Assembly: GCF_009914755.1 (NCBI RefSeq)
Contig: NC_060927.1
Direction: 5' to 3' (one strand)
From: the human T2T-CHM13v2.0 reference genome, Homo sapiens
DNA: 64,000 bases
Below the pieces are notes generated by a model that was not told the origin of the DNA, searched no databases, and was given only the letters and a program-made list of their open reading frames with translations. A program made the position numbers and the translations under genes. Shown one piece after another: positions 44,052-58,292 of this stretch (position 1 is the first letter of the stretch; the number at the start of each line of letters is the position of its first letter).

Positions 44052-44700
44052 CTTTTTAACTTTTTTAAAAAATTTATTTTAGGTTCAGGAGTACATGTGC
44101 AGGTTATATAGCTATACTCCTGCCAGAGTTTACCTAGATTATTTTGTGACCCAGATACTAAGCCTAGTACCCAATAGTTATTTTTTCTGCTCCTCTCCCT
44201 CCTCCCACCCACCACCCTCAGGTAGGCCCCAGTGTCTGTTGTTCCCCTTTGTGTCTGTGTGTTCTTATCATTTAGCTCCCACTTATAAGTGAGAACATGT
44301 GGTATTTGTTTTTTGGCCTGCATTAGTTTGCTGAGGATATTGGCCTCCAGCTCCATCCATGTTGCTGCAGAGGACATGATCTTGTTCTTTTTTTACGGCT
44401 GCATAGTATTCTATGCTGTAAACGTACCACATTTTCTTTATCCAGTCTACCATTGATGGTCATTTAGGTTGAGTCCACGTCTTTGCTATTGTGAATAGTG
44501 CTGCAGTGAACATACATGTGGATGTGTCTGTATGACAGAACAATTTATAATCCTTTGGGTATATACCCAGTAATGGGATTGCTGGGTCAAATGGTAATTC
44601 TGTTGTCAGCTTTTTGAAGAATCCCTACACTAGCTTCCACAATGGTTGAACCAATTTACGCTCCCACCAAGAGTGTGTAAACATTCCCTTTTCTCTGCAA
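44052..44700 (-). mobile_element. 5'-truncated older L1PA 3' fragment
   Basis: L1PA 3'UTR (TTTAGCTCCCACTTATAAGTGAGAACATG); minus-strand ORF2 end MSSAATWMELEANILSKL. Confidence 0.9.
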
Positions 44701-46949
44701 AGGTTCTATTTCATGAAAACAAATAAGCAGGCTCCTATATATGTGTACATATGTTTGTATGTATGTATTTGAGTGGGGAGATAGATGTGGAAGGAAACAA
44801 AGGCTGGTGTTATTGGTTACATCATTGACGAGTAGTGACCAGGAGTTAAAAATAAACTTTGCCTTTATTTATCATTGTATTATGCCATTTCATTTGTTAA
44901 ATTAAGCTTGTATTACGTTTGTAATTTGAAAAAACATCAACTTATGTAAAAAGAAAAGCAGCCTATTCTGATTGACCTCAGGATGGGTGTGGATGCAGGA
45001 ATTGAAGATAGTAGCTTGGGATCATCTCAGCCTGGAAATCCAAGGTGTCCCAGATTCCCAAAACTGGGAAATGCAGCATAGGATGTGGCAAGCCAGCCTC
45101 CCCTGGGGCAACAGCAAGCTTGAGAGGTCCACAGGACTGCTTGTTCAGTAAGCACATATCCCTTACAGAAAGCAGTTTTCAGTGGGTCACATCCACCACC
45201 ACCTTCAATATGGCAAAGTCTACTGTAGGGCAGAGTCCTTGCCTGGGGCAATTGGAGGCAGGCCCCATCCTTCCAGTGCACAGATGGCTGCCTTCTGCTG
45301 ATGGACTGCTCCTGGTCCAATCAGCTGTGGCAAGAACAGCCGGGCTGCTTTTAATCAAAGCACCTGATGTGAATCATTAACTATTCAGGAAAGAAGCACT
45401 GCTGGGCCTCTTTTACTGAAAAGGGGGCCAAGTACTTGATTGGCCCTTTGAGCCTGTGTGGTCCGTTCGGTTTGGGTAAGAACTTCCAATGCCTAGCACC
45501 AACCTTCTGCAGAGGCTTGTTAGAAGTAACCCACCCTTAGGAACGTACATGTTTGTGTAAGGATCTGTGTGAGATTCAGGTATTAATATCTTCCGTCCTC
45601 TTGTCAGAAAGCAACTATGTTAAATGTGGCCAAAGAGATGGAGGCTGAAATTGTGGTAAGGGAATCAGTGATGTGCGATGCTGTGAGATGCTAAAGATCA
45701 AGAAAGCAGACAGCTGCAGCGGCCACAGCAGCAAGTGCTGCCATTTATTGGGTGCCTGTGCTGTGCCGGGCACCATGCTAGATGTGCCACAGACATCATG
45801 AACATGTCATGCTCAATAATTCAAGGTAGCTGCTTTCAGTTACCATTTATAGTTGAGACTCAGAATTAGTAAGTAATGTGCCTCAGGCTCCACTGATAGT
45901 AAACAGGCAGAGTTAGATTTAGGACCTTTGCCCTCAACAGGCTCCTGGAGAACAAGCCTTTGTTAGCATTTCCTGTGCACTAGCCAAAGGAGTAAGAGCA
46001 GCTCTATTTTAGAGAGATGGTCTCAGTTCTTTAGATGGAATTGTTTCATCGGACTACTAAAAATCAACTTAAAAAATATTAATGTGCATAGTGGAAGTAT
46101 GCCTTTAAGGTAAGTGACTCCAACCACTGGAAGGGGTATGCCTGTTCTCTTACTGCTGCCTGCTAAGACAGGGGCTTAGGAGAGAACAGATCTGGCGACT
46201 GGGATTGCAAGATGCACCTAGGTTGGGACACTTTGAAGTGTAAGTGCTTATGGGACCTGAGGCATAGGTGGCCAGTGGGTAGTACAAGTGTGCTTGTGCT
46301 GGACATAAAGATGGAGGAAAACTCCAGGTGCTCATGTGCAGGTGGAAGTGTGGTTCGCTGCAGTCTTTCTGGGGATGCCATTTGGCTGTATATGTCAAAC
46401 GTCTTAAAATTTTTCATACCCTTTTACCCTGTAGTTGCACTTCTAGAAATTTTTCTAAAGGAAATGTTAAGAGTATATACAAAGATTTATGCCCAAGAAT
46501 GTTCATCCTGGCCTTTTTTATAATGCTGAAAAATGGAAATAACTTTTAGGAAAACAAATATAGCTGGTCATTCAAAGCAGTCACTAACAGGCTGCATTGA
46601 CAGCAGGTACAGTGAAAAACCAGAGATAAAAAATACATATATAAATAATATATTCTCAATTTTTAAACATTAGATACAAATTTACCACATGTAACTGGTA
46701 CGTATGGCTGTATGGTAGAATAACAGGTGAGTCTTATTTTCTTCTATTTTTCTCTACTTACCAAATTATGGTGAATATGTAATTATGGAAGAAAACAAGA
46801 CCTATTTCTTTAGTTGAAAATGTCCCATTCTGATATGCGTGTGTGGTGAGGTGGTGCCAGTAAGTGCCTCTCAGTATTCGTCATTATTTTAAGGAAATGT
46901 GTGTGAACATAAGCCTAGCTTCTCTGCATGATCAAAAAGCAAAGTAAGG

Positions 46950-47106
46950 GGCTGGGGGCAGTGGCTCATGCCTGTAATCCTGGCACTTTGGGAGGGAGAA
47001 GGATAGCTCGCAGCCAGGAGTTCGAGATTACAGTGAACTGATCGTGGCGCCACTGCACTTCAGCCTCGGCAACCAAACAAGACCCTGTCTCTTAAAAAAA
47101 AAAAAG
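46950..47106 (+). mobile_element. Free Alu monomer (FAM/FRAM-like)
   Basis: Single Alu arm with an A tail. Confidence 0.75.
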
Positions 47107-47927
47107 GCAGCAAAATAAAACTTACCCCAGGTTGACAGCCCATGAACTTGATAGGAAATAAGAGGGTCAACTGGAATGGGCTGTTTTCTATAACAGAAAT
47201 ATCAGAGTCTTCTTGGTCAGTCCTTCCCCACAGGCAGGCTTCAGAAAGAAGTGGCGTCTGTGGTTTTGTGGCTGGATTCAGTTTCAGAGAATGGTAGGGG
47301 ACTGAATTTTGTAAGCAGTGTGTCTTTCCTGACAGGGGCAGGGAGCCTGGCTTCCTGAGACTGTCCCCTGATGCCACAGCAGATGTGTCAAACCATTTTT
47401 CCTGCTCATGGCATGTAGTTTGAGAGAGCTTGATAGTGAAGCTGCCAGCTCAGCTGTGACTGGCCACTCATTTGCAGACAAGAATGCCTTACTGGCCTGG
47501 GCTTGCTTAAGGTAATTGCTTCTAGACTCCTCACTCCTGCTGGGCCACAGTTGCTTGAACAGTCAAATAAGGGGTTGGGGGGTAGAGGATATATCTCAAA
47601 ACCTTCTTTGTGCTTGAAGATTTGTGATTCCTTGTTCTTTGGAGAATGAAAATATCTTCTAGAAGGTGATTAGAGAGCAGTACTCTTTAGAAATAATAAT
47701 ACTAGTGGCCAACATTATATACAGCACTTTACTGTGTGGCAGGCACTATTCTCAGCACTTTTCTTAACTCACTTAATCTTCACAGTGATCCAATGAGGTA
47801 GTTATGCTATCATCCCCATTTTACAGACGATGAAACTGAGGAGAAAAGGAACCTACACATGGAACCTTTCTTATACCAAAAGCATAGCTAGTGGTTTGCA
47901 ATTAATTTAAAAATATTGGCTATTTTA

Positions 47928-48283
<356 letters not shown>

Positions 48284-48497
48284 CTATTTTAGAAATTAGT
48301 GTAAATGATGTATAGGGCTTAGTCCAAAGCCTTACTTTTATCCAGTCTCAAAAGTTACTCTCTGGAATACCTTTTCTGCTGTGTTCCTGTGTATTTTTCT
48401 TAGTTTTCATCTATCTGGCTGTTTGGGTAGAGGTGGGGGTTTCCCTCCCTTACTGGTAGGGAAGAAAGGAATGAACTTCAGTACTTCAGTACTTCAG

Positions 48498-48627
48498 TAG
48501 TTGGGCATGGTGGTGCACGCCTGTAATCCCAGCTACTCGGGAGGCTGAGGCAGGAGAATCGCTTGAACCCAGGAGACACTCCAATCTGGGCAACAGAGTG
48601 AGACATTGTCTTGGGAAAAAAAAAAAA
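48498..48627 (+). mobile_element. 5'-truncated, internally deleted Alu right arm
   Basis: Right-arm sequence; 19-bp TSD AGAAAGG(A/G)ATGAACTTCAG. Confidence 0.85.
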
Positions 48628-48921
48628 GAAAGGGATGAACTTCAGGAAGAAATGGGGAGTGGGCCTTTCAGGAGAGTATTGCCTCAATCAGGGGAGAGAG
48701 AGAGAGATAGAAGAAAGAAGTGTGAAACTCTTGATTCTGGAGCAACCTGGAGCAGGGTGCTGAATGATGTACATTTAAGAGGGACTGTGTGCCGGATTCA
48801 GGCAAGCCGTGAGAAAGGGACAGGTCCGGGCCACTGAGTAGGGTTGGGATGAACTTTCTTAGGTCTGGGTAGAGCTGGGACTGCCTAGAGCCACCAGTGT
48901 GGTCATTATGCATGTGTTCTG

Positions 48922-49130
48922 CAGCACTGTCCAGTGCGGCTTTCTGCCATGATTTGAATATCCAATATCTGCACTGTCTGGTTCAGTGTCCACCAGTCAC
49001 GTGTGTCTGCTGCACACTTGAAGGGTGGCTAGTGAGACTGAAGAACTGCATTTTTTATTTTATTTACTTTTAATTAAGTTTAAATGTAATAGCTATGTGT
49101 GGCTACTGGCTACCATATTGGACAGCACAG
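48922..49130. mobile_element. MER3-like hAT-Charlie MITE
   Basis: CACTGTCCA...TGGCTAGTGAGACTGAAGAACTG...GGCTACCATATTGGACAGCACAG. Confidence 0.8.
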
Positions 49131-49150
49131 CTCCATAAATGAAAAATACT

Positions 49151-49491
<341 letters not shown>

Positions 49492-49840
49492 TTATGTGTG
49501 TGTGTGTGTATATATATATGTGAAACTGAAAGAAACTCTTTATAATTTCAGAAAAACAATTTGGGTTCAATATAGAGACTATAGAAAAGAAGAAAATAAA
49601 AAGTACTCATGAAAACACCTCCTCAGAGGTAACTTATTGGTGCTTTGGCATATAACCTTCTAAGTTGTGTTCTATGGTTACGTCATAGGTAGCCAGCTGG
49701 CTGTCAGATGCATAACCTGAAAACATCCAGCAAAAGATAAGGCATGTTAGCAGGAGAGAGTGCTGAGTTTGCCCCAGAAGACAATACCAATGGAGTTATT
49801 AATGATTTGCCATGGTTGATGTTCCTCTTCTGGGTCCTAG

Positions 49841-49933
<93 letters not shown>

Positions 49934-50889
49934 TAAGTGTTTACAGGCATATTCAAATACTTGCATACAAAAACCTTTAAAAAATTTTTTTAACCTGTGC
50001 TTAAAAAATAGAAAGCAAAGCAAACAAAACACTGCAGCGTACCAAGAGATAAATATGATTGTGTATATTGGTGTTTGTCTTTTAACATATTGTATTCTTA
50101 TCTAAGAAATATTCAGAGAGGGTTTTGGATATTTGTTCATGTGTTCATTTTGAGGCTTTGTTATTTACAGTTATTTTTCCTTCGAGTATTTACATTCGGT
50201 AGGAAAAAGAAGAGGGTTAGGAAAAAGAAGAGGGTCGCATTTGTTAAATTTCTATAATGCTTCTGGTCTTCTTGACCATAGTTTTACTATATCCGAATAC
50301 TACATTATAATTTTCTCTGAAAATTCAGTTTATTTTTTGCCTTCACCATTCAGAAGCAAGAGGAACTTAGGCATTCCATGTAGAAATATATGGCCACTTT
50401 ATTCTGGGTGTGGTTTTCTCCAAGGCGGAACACACTCGCAATCCCACCCAAGCCTCAGGCTTCTACTACACGTGGGCCAGCGGTGCTCATTCCTCTCCCT
50501 CCTGCTAAAGTCCTGAGGGCCTCACCCTAGAACTTGGCAGAATCCTCTGGGGCCACTGCATCAGCTCATTTCACAAAGGCCTGGGACGCTTCCCCATGCC
50601 ACCCCTTAGAGAGACAGAAGGGCAGTTCCAGGGCCTGTGCCCAGTGTCTCTTACCTGTCTTTGTTCTAGCTTACCCAAGGATACATTGTAAAAGCATCTA
50701 CTGTGCTTCTGTCCATACTATGGCATCCAGGTCTCTTTTTTCTTCCTAACCCCTAGCTTCTACTTTTCTAGTAATGTTTAATTCTAGATTAATTAATTTT
50801 ATCACTAGATTTTATCTAGTGATAAAAAGAGGAGGAAATGATGATTCAAATAAAGTGGATCAAACATGGCTTATGTTTGATATAAGGTA

Positions 50890-51360
50890 GACCAGGAGTT
50901 GGCAAACTACGGCCTGTGGGCTAAATCTGGCCCTACCTGTTTCTGTAAATCAAGTTTTATTGGAACACAGTCAAATCCATTTGTTTACATATTGTCCGTG
51001 TCTGCTTCCGTGAGACAGTGGCAGAGCTGAGTAGTTGTAATAGAGACTGATTGGCTCACAAAGCTGAAAGCATTCATCATCTGGCCCTTTTAGGTTTGCC
51101 AGCCTCTCTACTGGTGAATAGCAGTTAAGATGATGGCCCCTGAGCCAGGCTACCTAGGTGCAAATCCTGCCTTCCCTTCTTGCCAGCAGATCACCTTGAG
51201 CAAATTACTTAACTTCTCTTTACTTATTTGTGCTTCAGTTTATTTATCTGTAAAAGAGGGATAGTCATAGTTCCTATCTCATGTGATTGGATAAAGACTA
51301 AGCACTTCTCTGCAAAGTGCTTAGCACAGGGTCTTGCATTAAATAAGCTGCCATTAGCTA
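50890..51360. mobile_element. MER58A-like hAT MITE (~50892-51105) followed by a MIR
   Basis: CAGGAGTTGGCAAACTACGGCCTGTGGGCTAAATCTGGCCC...TTTGCCAGCC; MIR core GCTTCAGTTTATTTATCTGTAAAA. Confidence 0.75.
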
Positions 51361-51969
51361 ATCAGAGATTATACAGAAGATTTTTTCATGGTTTTTCATA
51401 TTTTTAGTCTGCTAGAAACTAAAAGAGGATGCAGTAGAAATGAATTAGTCCTTTTTCTTTAAAAAAATGAAAGAGAAAAAGGTTTATTTCTTTATTCCAT
51501 GTTATATTATAAGTTGGTTTACCTGTTTATCTCCCTGTTTCTCAATGGTGGATAGTTTTAGGTTTTAGGATTTACATTTTCATTAACAAAGCAGTGTGTG
51601 GTTTCTTTTGGATTCCCACAATTTATATATTAAGGCTTTTGTTTTCAGCCACTTTTAAGCTTATAAATGCTTGGCTTAAATAATATGGCTTAAATGCTTG
51701 CAGAATATTGACGTCTGGACGGGCCAGCAGTGCACATCTCAAAGGGGTTGCCTATTTGAATGGCCAGGGGAAGGGGCAGTCCTCAAGGCCAAAGACCATT
51801 GTGGTTTCTAGTGGATTCTGTATATGTCCAAATAATGGGTGTCTTCTAATCTGTTGGTATTTTTTGCTGATTCTTAGTGGTTGATTTTTCTGCTAGGGCA
51901 AAGCAACACTTAAAACCCATTTGAATAATTTAGACTTTTTCAGTTTCCCTTTACATTCTCAAAGTGTAG

Positions 51970-52236
<267 letters not shown>

Positions 52237-53527
52237 TGAGTGGATAATTTGCTTGGAAACAAGTAATTTTCTGTGGGATTAAACTGAGAGTTAACTTCCT
52301 ATTTAACTTTGGAGTTGGCTATGATTTCTGTGTGGCAAAAGCTTTGCACAAGGATTTCTCTAGTTCTCAGCAATAGTTTTAAAAGACTGTTGGAATCTAT
52401 ATTAAAGTGATTAAATATCAATCCATCTGGTCCTTGAAGTAATTAGACATTGATTGACCATTTATTTACCTTTTGTTTTAAGTTCAGAAGTGAGGCTCAT
52501 AACAGCCCATAATTATTCTGTCACATATAATCTTTTGGTGTTAGACACTTTCAAACTGTACATTAAATCAGTGGAGAATCAGTGGAGAATTCCAGACCCA
52601 CGAGGAGTTCATGGAAAGCCACCTGGCTGTTTGGAACACTCGTGTTGCAAACAAATTGTGAACTGGGCCCTTCAAAGCTGTGGCCCAAGGCCCACCCTTT
52701 AGACTTTGAAGAATAGTCTGTTAGGTAAGATGGACTGTTGCTTGTCTCCTCCACGAAGGGCCCCTTCCAATGCCACAGTCCCTCTTAACATCCCATTTAC
52801 TCCACAAAACGATTGGGGTTTTCATTGCTGGGCCTGTCAAGTTTATATTGTTTTCTTTACTAGAAGCACTGGAACAAATGCAAATGAGGGCTCCTCATCC
52901 CTCCCCCCAACAATTTCTTAAATGATTGAAATTTGATGAGTACAGTGAAAAAGAACAAAAGTCAAACACATTTGAATAAGCCCTGAATTATTATTTCCTC
53001 ACACCAGAGTCAAGTTGTCCTGAGGTGCCAATAGGGAATCGCTCATAGAGAATGAAATACGGTCACAGGCAGAGAGAACTGAGTATTGGCCAGAGCTCTT
53101 TCAGGATGAGAGTGTTGACTCCTTGAGGGCAAAAATGGACTTAATAACCCTTTAGAGTGATAACTAGCCTAGTCCTGCACAGGAATATCAACGATAAATG
53201 ACTTAAAAGTTGTTAGATTGTTTTCCTAATCATCACAGAGGATTAGAACATACAGAAAAGTATAAAGAGCATAATGTGGCTAATTTAATATTTTGGTATG
53301 GTTCCTTGCAGTCTTTTATTTTGGAATTATAAACATTTATATAATTTACAAAGTTCAAATCAATATGCATATATTTTTTGTCTTGAATATTTTTATATCT
53401 CATTAACTATTTGAAAAAGTGACTTTTATAGCTGAGCAGTTTTTTGTTTTATGAATGTATTATAATGTATTTAAGCTATCTCTTATTATACATTTAGATA
53501 GATTCTAATGTTTCTCTATTATAAATG

Positions 53528-53801
53528 CAGATTCTCAATCCTTCTTGTTCAAATCCGAAGTCCAGAAAGCTCTGAAAACTGAAAGTTTTTTCATAATTTA
53601 TTTCACTGTAAAACCTGAATTGAACTGATATTTATCTCACTAAAAATGAGTATTCATATATTTTACTGTAAGAATAGTAAAATTACCAAGTAATATCCCA
53701 GACCTAGTTAGATAAATGCACTATTTTCTTTTAATTTCAAAAAAATCTTAATTCTGAGGCACATTTGGCTGACAGCATTTCAGATAAGGGATTTTGAACC
53801 T
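53528..53801. mobile_element. Small TIR DNA-transposon relic (MER96B-like)
   Basis: Imperfect TIRs CAGATTCTCAATCC / GGGATTTTGAACCT. Confidence 0.45.
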
Positions 53802-54051
53802 CTAATTCAATGATGTAGATAAATATCACCACTTCTACTACCATTGTCTATTACTGAACACTTACCATGGGCCAGGTACAGAGTAGGTATGACCTTATTA
53901 TCTCTTTGGATCCCTAGAGAGCTCTAAAAGGCAGGTACTTTTATTGACGTCATTTTATTGCTGGTCACCCAAGTGGCAAGGCTGGGCTGATCCATTGGTC
54001 AAGTTATGACTGCCGTGCTCCTCCCCCAAACTTAAGGCAGAAATCTCAGTG

Positions 54052-54416
54052 CAGATGATCCTGGACTTACAAGGGGGTTATCCTAAATTGAATAAGACTG
54101 TCCTAAATTGAAAATATTGTAGGCATATAATACATCTAACCATCATAGCTTCACCTAACCTACCTTAAATGTGCTCAGGACACTTACATTAACGTACAGT
54201 TGGGCAAAATCATCTGACAACACAGTCTCTTGCAGAGTATCGGTTGTTTACCCTCATGACTGTGTGGCTAACTGGGAGCCGAGGCTCAGTTTTGCTGCCC
54301 AGCATCTCAAGAGTATCATACTGCTTTCTACTGAATGCATATCTCTTTCACATCATTGTACCACTGTAAAGTCGAAAAATTGTTAAGGCAAGCCGTCATA
54401 AGTTGGGAACCATCTA
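54052..54416. mobile_element. Tigger3 (Golem) deletion derivative
   Basis: CAGATGATCCTGGACTTAC...CTACCTTAAATGTGCTCAG...CAGTTGGGCAAAATCATCT...GTCATAAGTTGGGAACCATCT. Confidence 0.75.
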
Positions 54417-55658
54417 TACACATATTTTATTATTTCCTTAAAATGAATTCTCAAAAAATCAAGAACAAATTTTGGTATTTATTGCCAAATTACCCTCCAT
54501 AAAGGCTATACAAATTTCCTTTCTCAAGTTATACAGTTATTTTCATTTGAATTTCCTTTATTATTAGTGATTGTGAGGTTTTTTCATGTGTTTAATGAAT
54601 GTTTGAATTTGAACAGGGTATGTATGTGAATGGTCTAATCATGTGTTTTCCCATATAGATAGGAGGTGTTTGTCCTTTTTTAAATGGTTTTTGTTACAAA
54701 TAATTTTCCTCAGTCTGTCATTTGCCTTGCATTTTGTTTATAGTTGAATATTATTAGCATACAGATATGTACTTAGACCTTTGAGATAGGATAAATAACA
54801 TATTTTCTTCTTGATTCTTTGTGATTTAAGTTTTACACTTCACTGGAATTATTTTAGTATATGAGATAAGACAAGGAATTACTACTTTTTCTAAATCACC
54901 AGTTGATTAAAAAAAATTTTCAAACAATCCCTTCTCTTTGTTGATTTAAAAGGCAAACTTTATAATAGACCAAGTTATTTCGTCCTATCATTATACACCA
55001 AGTTCTGTTTGTGTTCATTTGATCCATTTATTATTTCATGACTAAACTATTTTTAATTACAATTGCTTTTAATACTTGGCAACAGAAGTTTTCTCTCATT
55101 GTCTGATATTAGCAATGCCATCTCCACCTTCTGTTGTTTATTAAAAAAATAAACTTTTAGCCTTTATTTGTTGACTTCTATTGGTACATCATTTATAGAT
55201 ACAATTAATTGAAAAAATTAAAAGGTGGGCAAATATATGGGGGAAACCTTTGGGGCAATTTGGAGTCTTTGTGTTTAATAGGAAAGTGAAAAGCTATTTG
55301 TATTTATTTGCATAACTCGTATTTATTTTCATAACTCGTACTTATTTTCTAATTAAACTTTTTAAAACATAGCTTTAGACTTCTATTTTTAATGATGTCT
55401 TGCCTTTGGATTCTGTTTTCTTTTATCTATAGAGACTTGAAAAGTATCAATTCCATTGTTCAATCTGCTAAAAGATAGCTTTAAGAGTGTTTTTTAAAAA
55501 TAATTTGTATCAACATAAAAAATAGTGTATTTCTCTTGATCCTCATGTATGATAAGAAAAGTAGCAGGTAATTAACATTTCCCATTTTCTAAATCTATTT
55601 TCCAGGGGTTTTTTGTTGTTGGTTTTTATGGGGGTATATCCTGAGATGTTAGTCCTAA

Positions 55659-55985
<327 letters not shown>

Positions 55986-56532
55986 TGATATTCACTTCCA
56001 GTTTTACAATCATATTCATAGCAATTATTTAAATTTTAATGCTCTTTAATTTCACAGCTTATAAGAAGACCTTTTAAAGGACAACCGTTCATTTAAAATT
56101 TTTTCATTTCTGAACATTTTTAAAACTTTGTTTTAACTCTTGGTTTGGTGTGATCTTCGCCCAGGTGTCACAGGTTACTTTCATAACTAAGAATGACAGC
56201 TGCTTTCACCTACAAACAGCAACTTACTGGGATATAGAATCTTTCATTCATTATCTTTTTTCTTTCTTATCTCTGTAGTAGACCTTGATCTATTGTCTTT
56301 TTTAAAAATACTTATAGGCTTGCAGGAAGTTGCCAGGATAGTACAGAGAGATCCTGTGTGGTCTTTACCCAGCTTTGCCCAATGATAACATTTTCATAAT
56401 GTAATATAATATCAAACCAGGAAGCTGCCTTCGGTACAATACTATTATTAATAAGTAGAGTGCAAGTCTTATTCAGATTTCACCAGTTTTTAGATGTAAT
56501 CATTTGTGTCTATTTGTGTGTGTATAGTAGTA

Positions 56533-56850
56533 TAGGTTCTCCTTAACTTACAGTGAGGTTACATCACAATAAACGCATTGTTAAGTTGAAAATATCATAG
56601 AGTCGAAAATACATTTAATACACATAACCTAATGAACATAATACTTTAGCCTACCTTAAATAGGCTCAGAACACCTATATTGGCCTACAGTTGGGCAAAA
56701 TCATCTAACACAAAACCTATTCTGTAATAATAGTGAATATTGAATGTTGAATATCTTATGTAATTTATTGGTGTTCTATTGAATGTGTATCACTTCCACA
56801 CTATTGTAAAGTCAAAATATAGGTCTAACCATTGTACATCACGGACTATC
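56533..56850. mobile_element. Tigger3a/MER7A-like element inside an old L1MC-type fragment
   Basis: CCTACCTTAAATAGGCTCAGAACAC...CAGTTGGGCAAAATCATCTAACACAAA, homologous to the 54052 element. Confidence 0.7.
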
Positions 56851-58259
56851 AGTAGTAGTAGTAGTGTAGCAGCAGCATCAGTAGTAGTAGTTCTATATGA
56901 TTTAATTACATGTGTAGATTTGTGTAACCACCACCACCTGATCCGTTGTATTTTGATGGAGAAGTCTGAGAGCAGCCAGAATTGTCTCTGTACATATAGT
57001 AATCCTTCCATCTGTATTTTGATGCTTGTTTTTTTATTCTTTTCTTCTTTGCCCTTGCCATTTTCCATTTTTCGTCAGAGTGTATCTCAGCGTCAATTTG
57101 TTTGCTTTAATTTTGCCTGGTGCTCAGTGACCACTTTTGATTAACAGTTGTAGGTCTTTCATTGTGACAGTTTCATAGGAGCCCTTTCTCAAGAACACTG
57201 TCCGTATACTCATTTCATTGTCTTCCATTGTCATCACCATCTCTCTCATGATTTTGGTCTCCTTTTTATTCTCTACCTTCTGGAAGAACTTTTTCATGTT
57301 TGCTTTTTATACCACTGATTCTATTTCTGTACAATCAATGTGGTCTTGTATGGTTTCTAGTACAGATATTAGTTTTGTATTTTTAGATTTATTATTATTT
57401 TTCCTTATCTCATTCAGTTCCCATTTTTTTTCTGAATCCTTTTGGCCAGATGCTCTATTTTCCTTCTTGTTTTTCTATCTTATTTATCTTCATAGATCTT
57501 ATATGTTCAGAAATTTTTCTAAATACTAGGAGATGCCCTTGAAGATTTATTTTTGTTTCCTGTAATAAATGTTTTTTACAACTTTCGGATGCTGTGTTCT
57601 TGTCTGTTTTGGAATCTTTTCTTAGGCACCTGTAGATTCTCCCTCATTTCCTGATTGAGGGGGACTAGTGTATCAATTTGGAGCTTTATCAGCCAGAGGG
57701 AGTGGAGTAGAAGCTGCCCTGTAAGGCTGTTGTTCACTGAAACAAACTCAGAACGTGACCTCACGCTCGTCCCTGCAAGCCATGTGGGCTAAGAGAGATT
57801 TAGAGTGTGGTTATCTGCAGAGCTGCGGAAGAGTTTGTTTGTGAATGGAAGTGGTCAGCAGCACAGCCACATCAGAGCCATGCTCTATCAGAATTTTTAC
57901 TGGGACAGGCTTTTGGTGACTTCAGGCCCTTCCAAGTTTTGTCCATCAGTGCCTCATAGCCTGTATAAAGTAGGGTGAACATTGAGGTGTTCATGGTGTT
58001 CCCCACCATCAGCACATATATCTTTGCTTCTATTTGTCTTTCTCTCCATCATGTAATTTTCATCTGTAAAGAATCTGTTATTGCTGAATAGACAATATAT
58101 AGCAGTATGTAGCTTTTAAGATGAAGTCTCTTGTCTGTCTTGCTTGCTTGCTTTCGTGTAATCACAATTCCATCATCACACCTAAAACGCTTGATGACAA
58201 TGCCTTAGCATCACGGAATCTCAGTTTGCAAATTTCTCTGGTTTTCTTATAAGCCTTTT

Positions 58260-58292
<33 letters not shown>

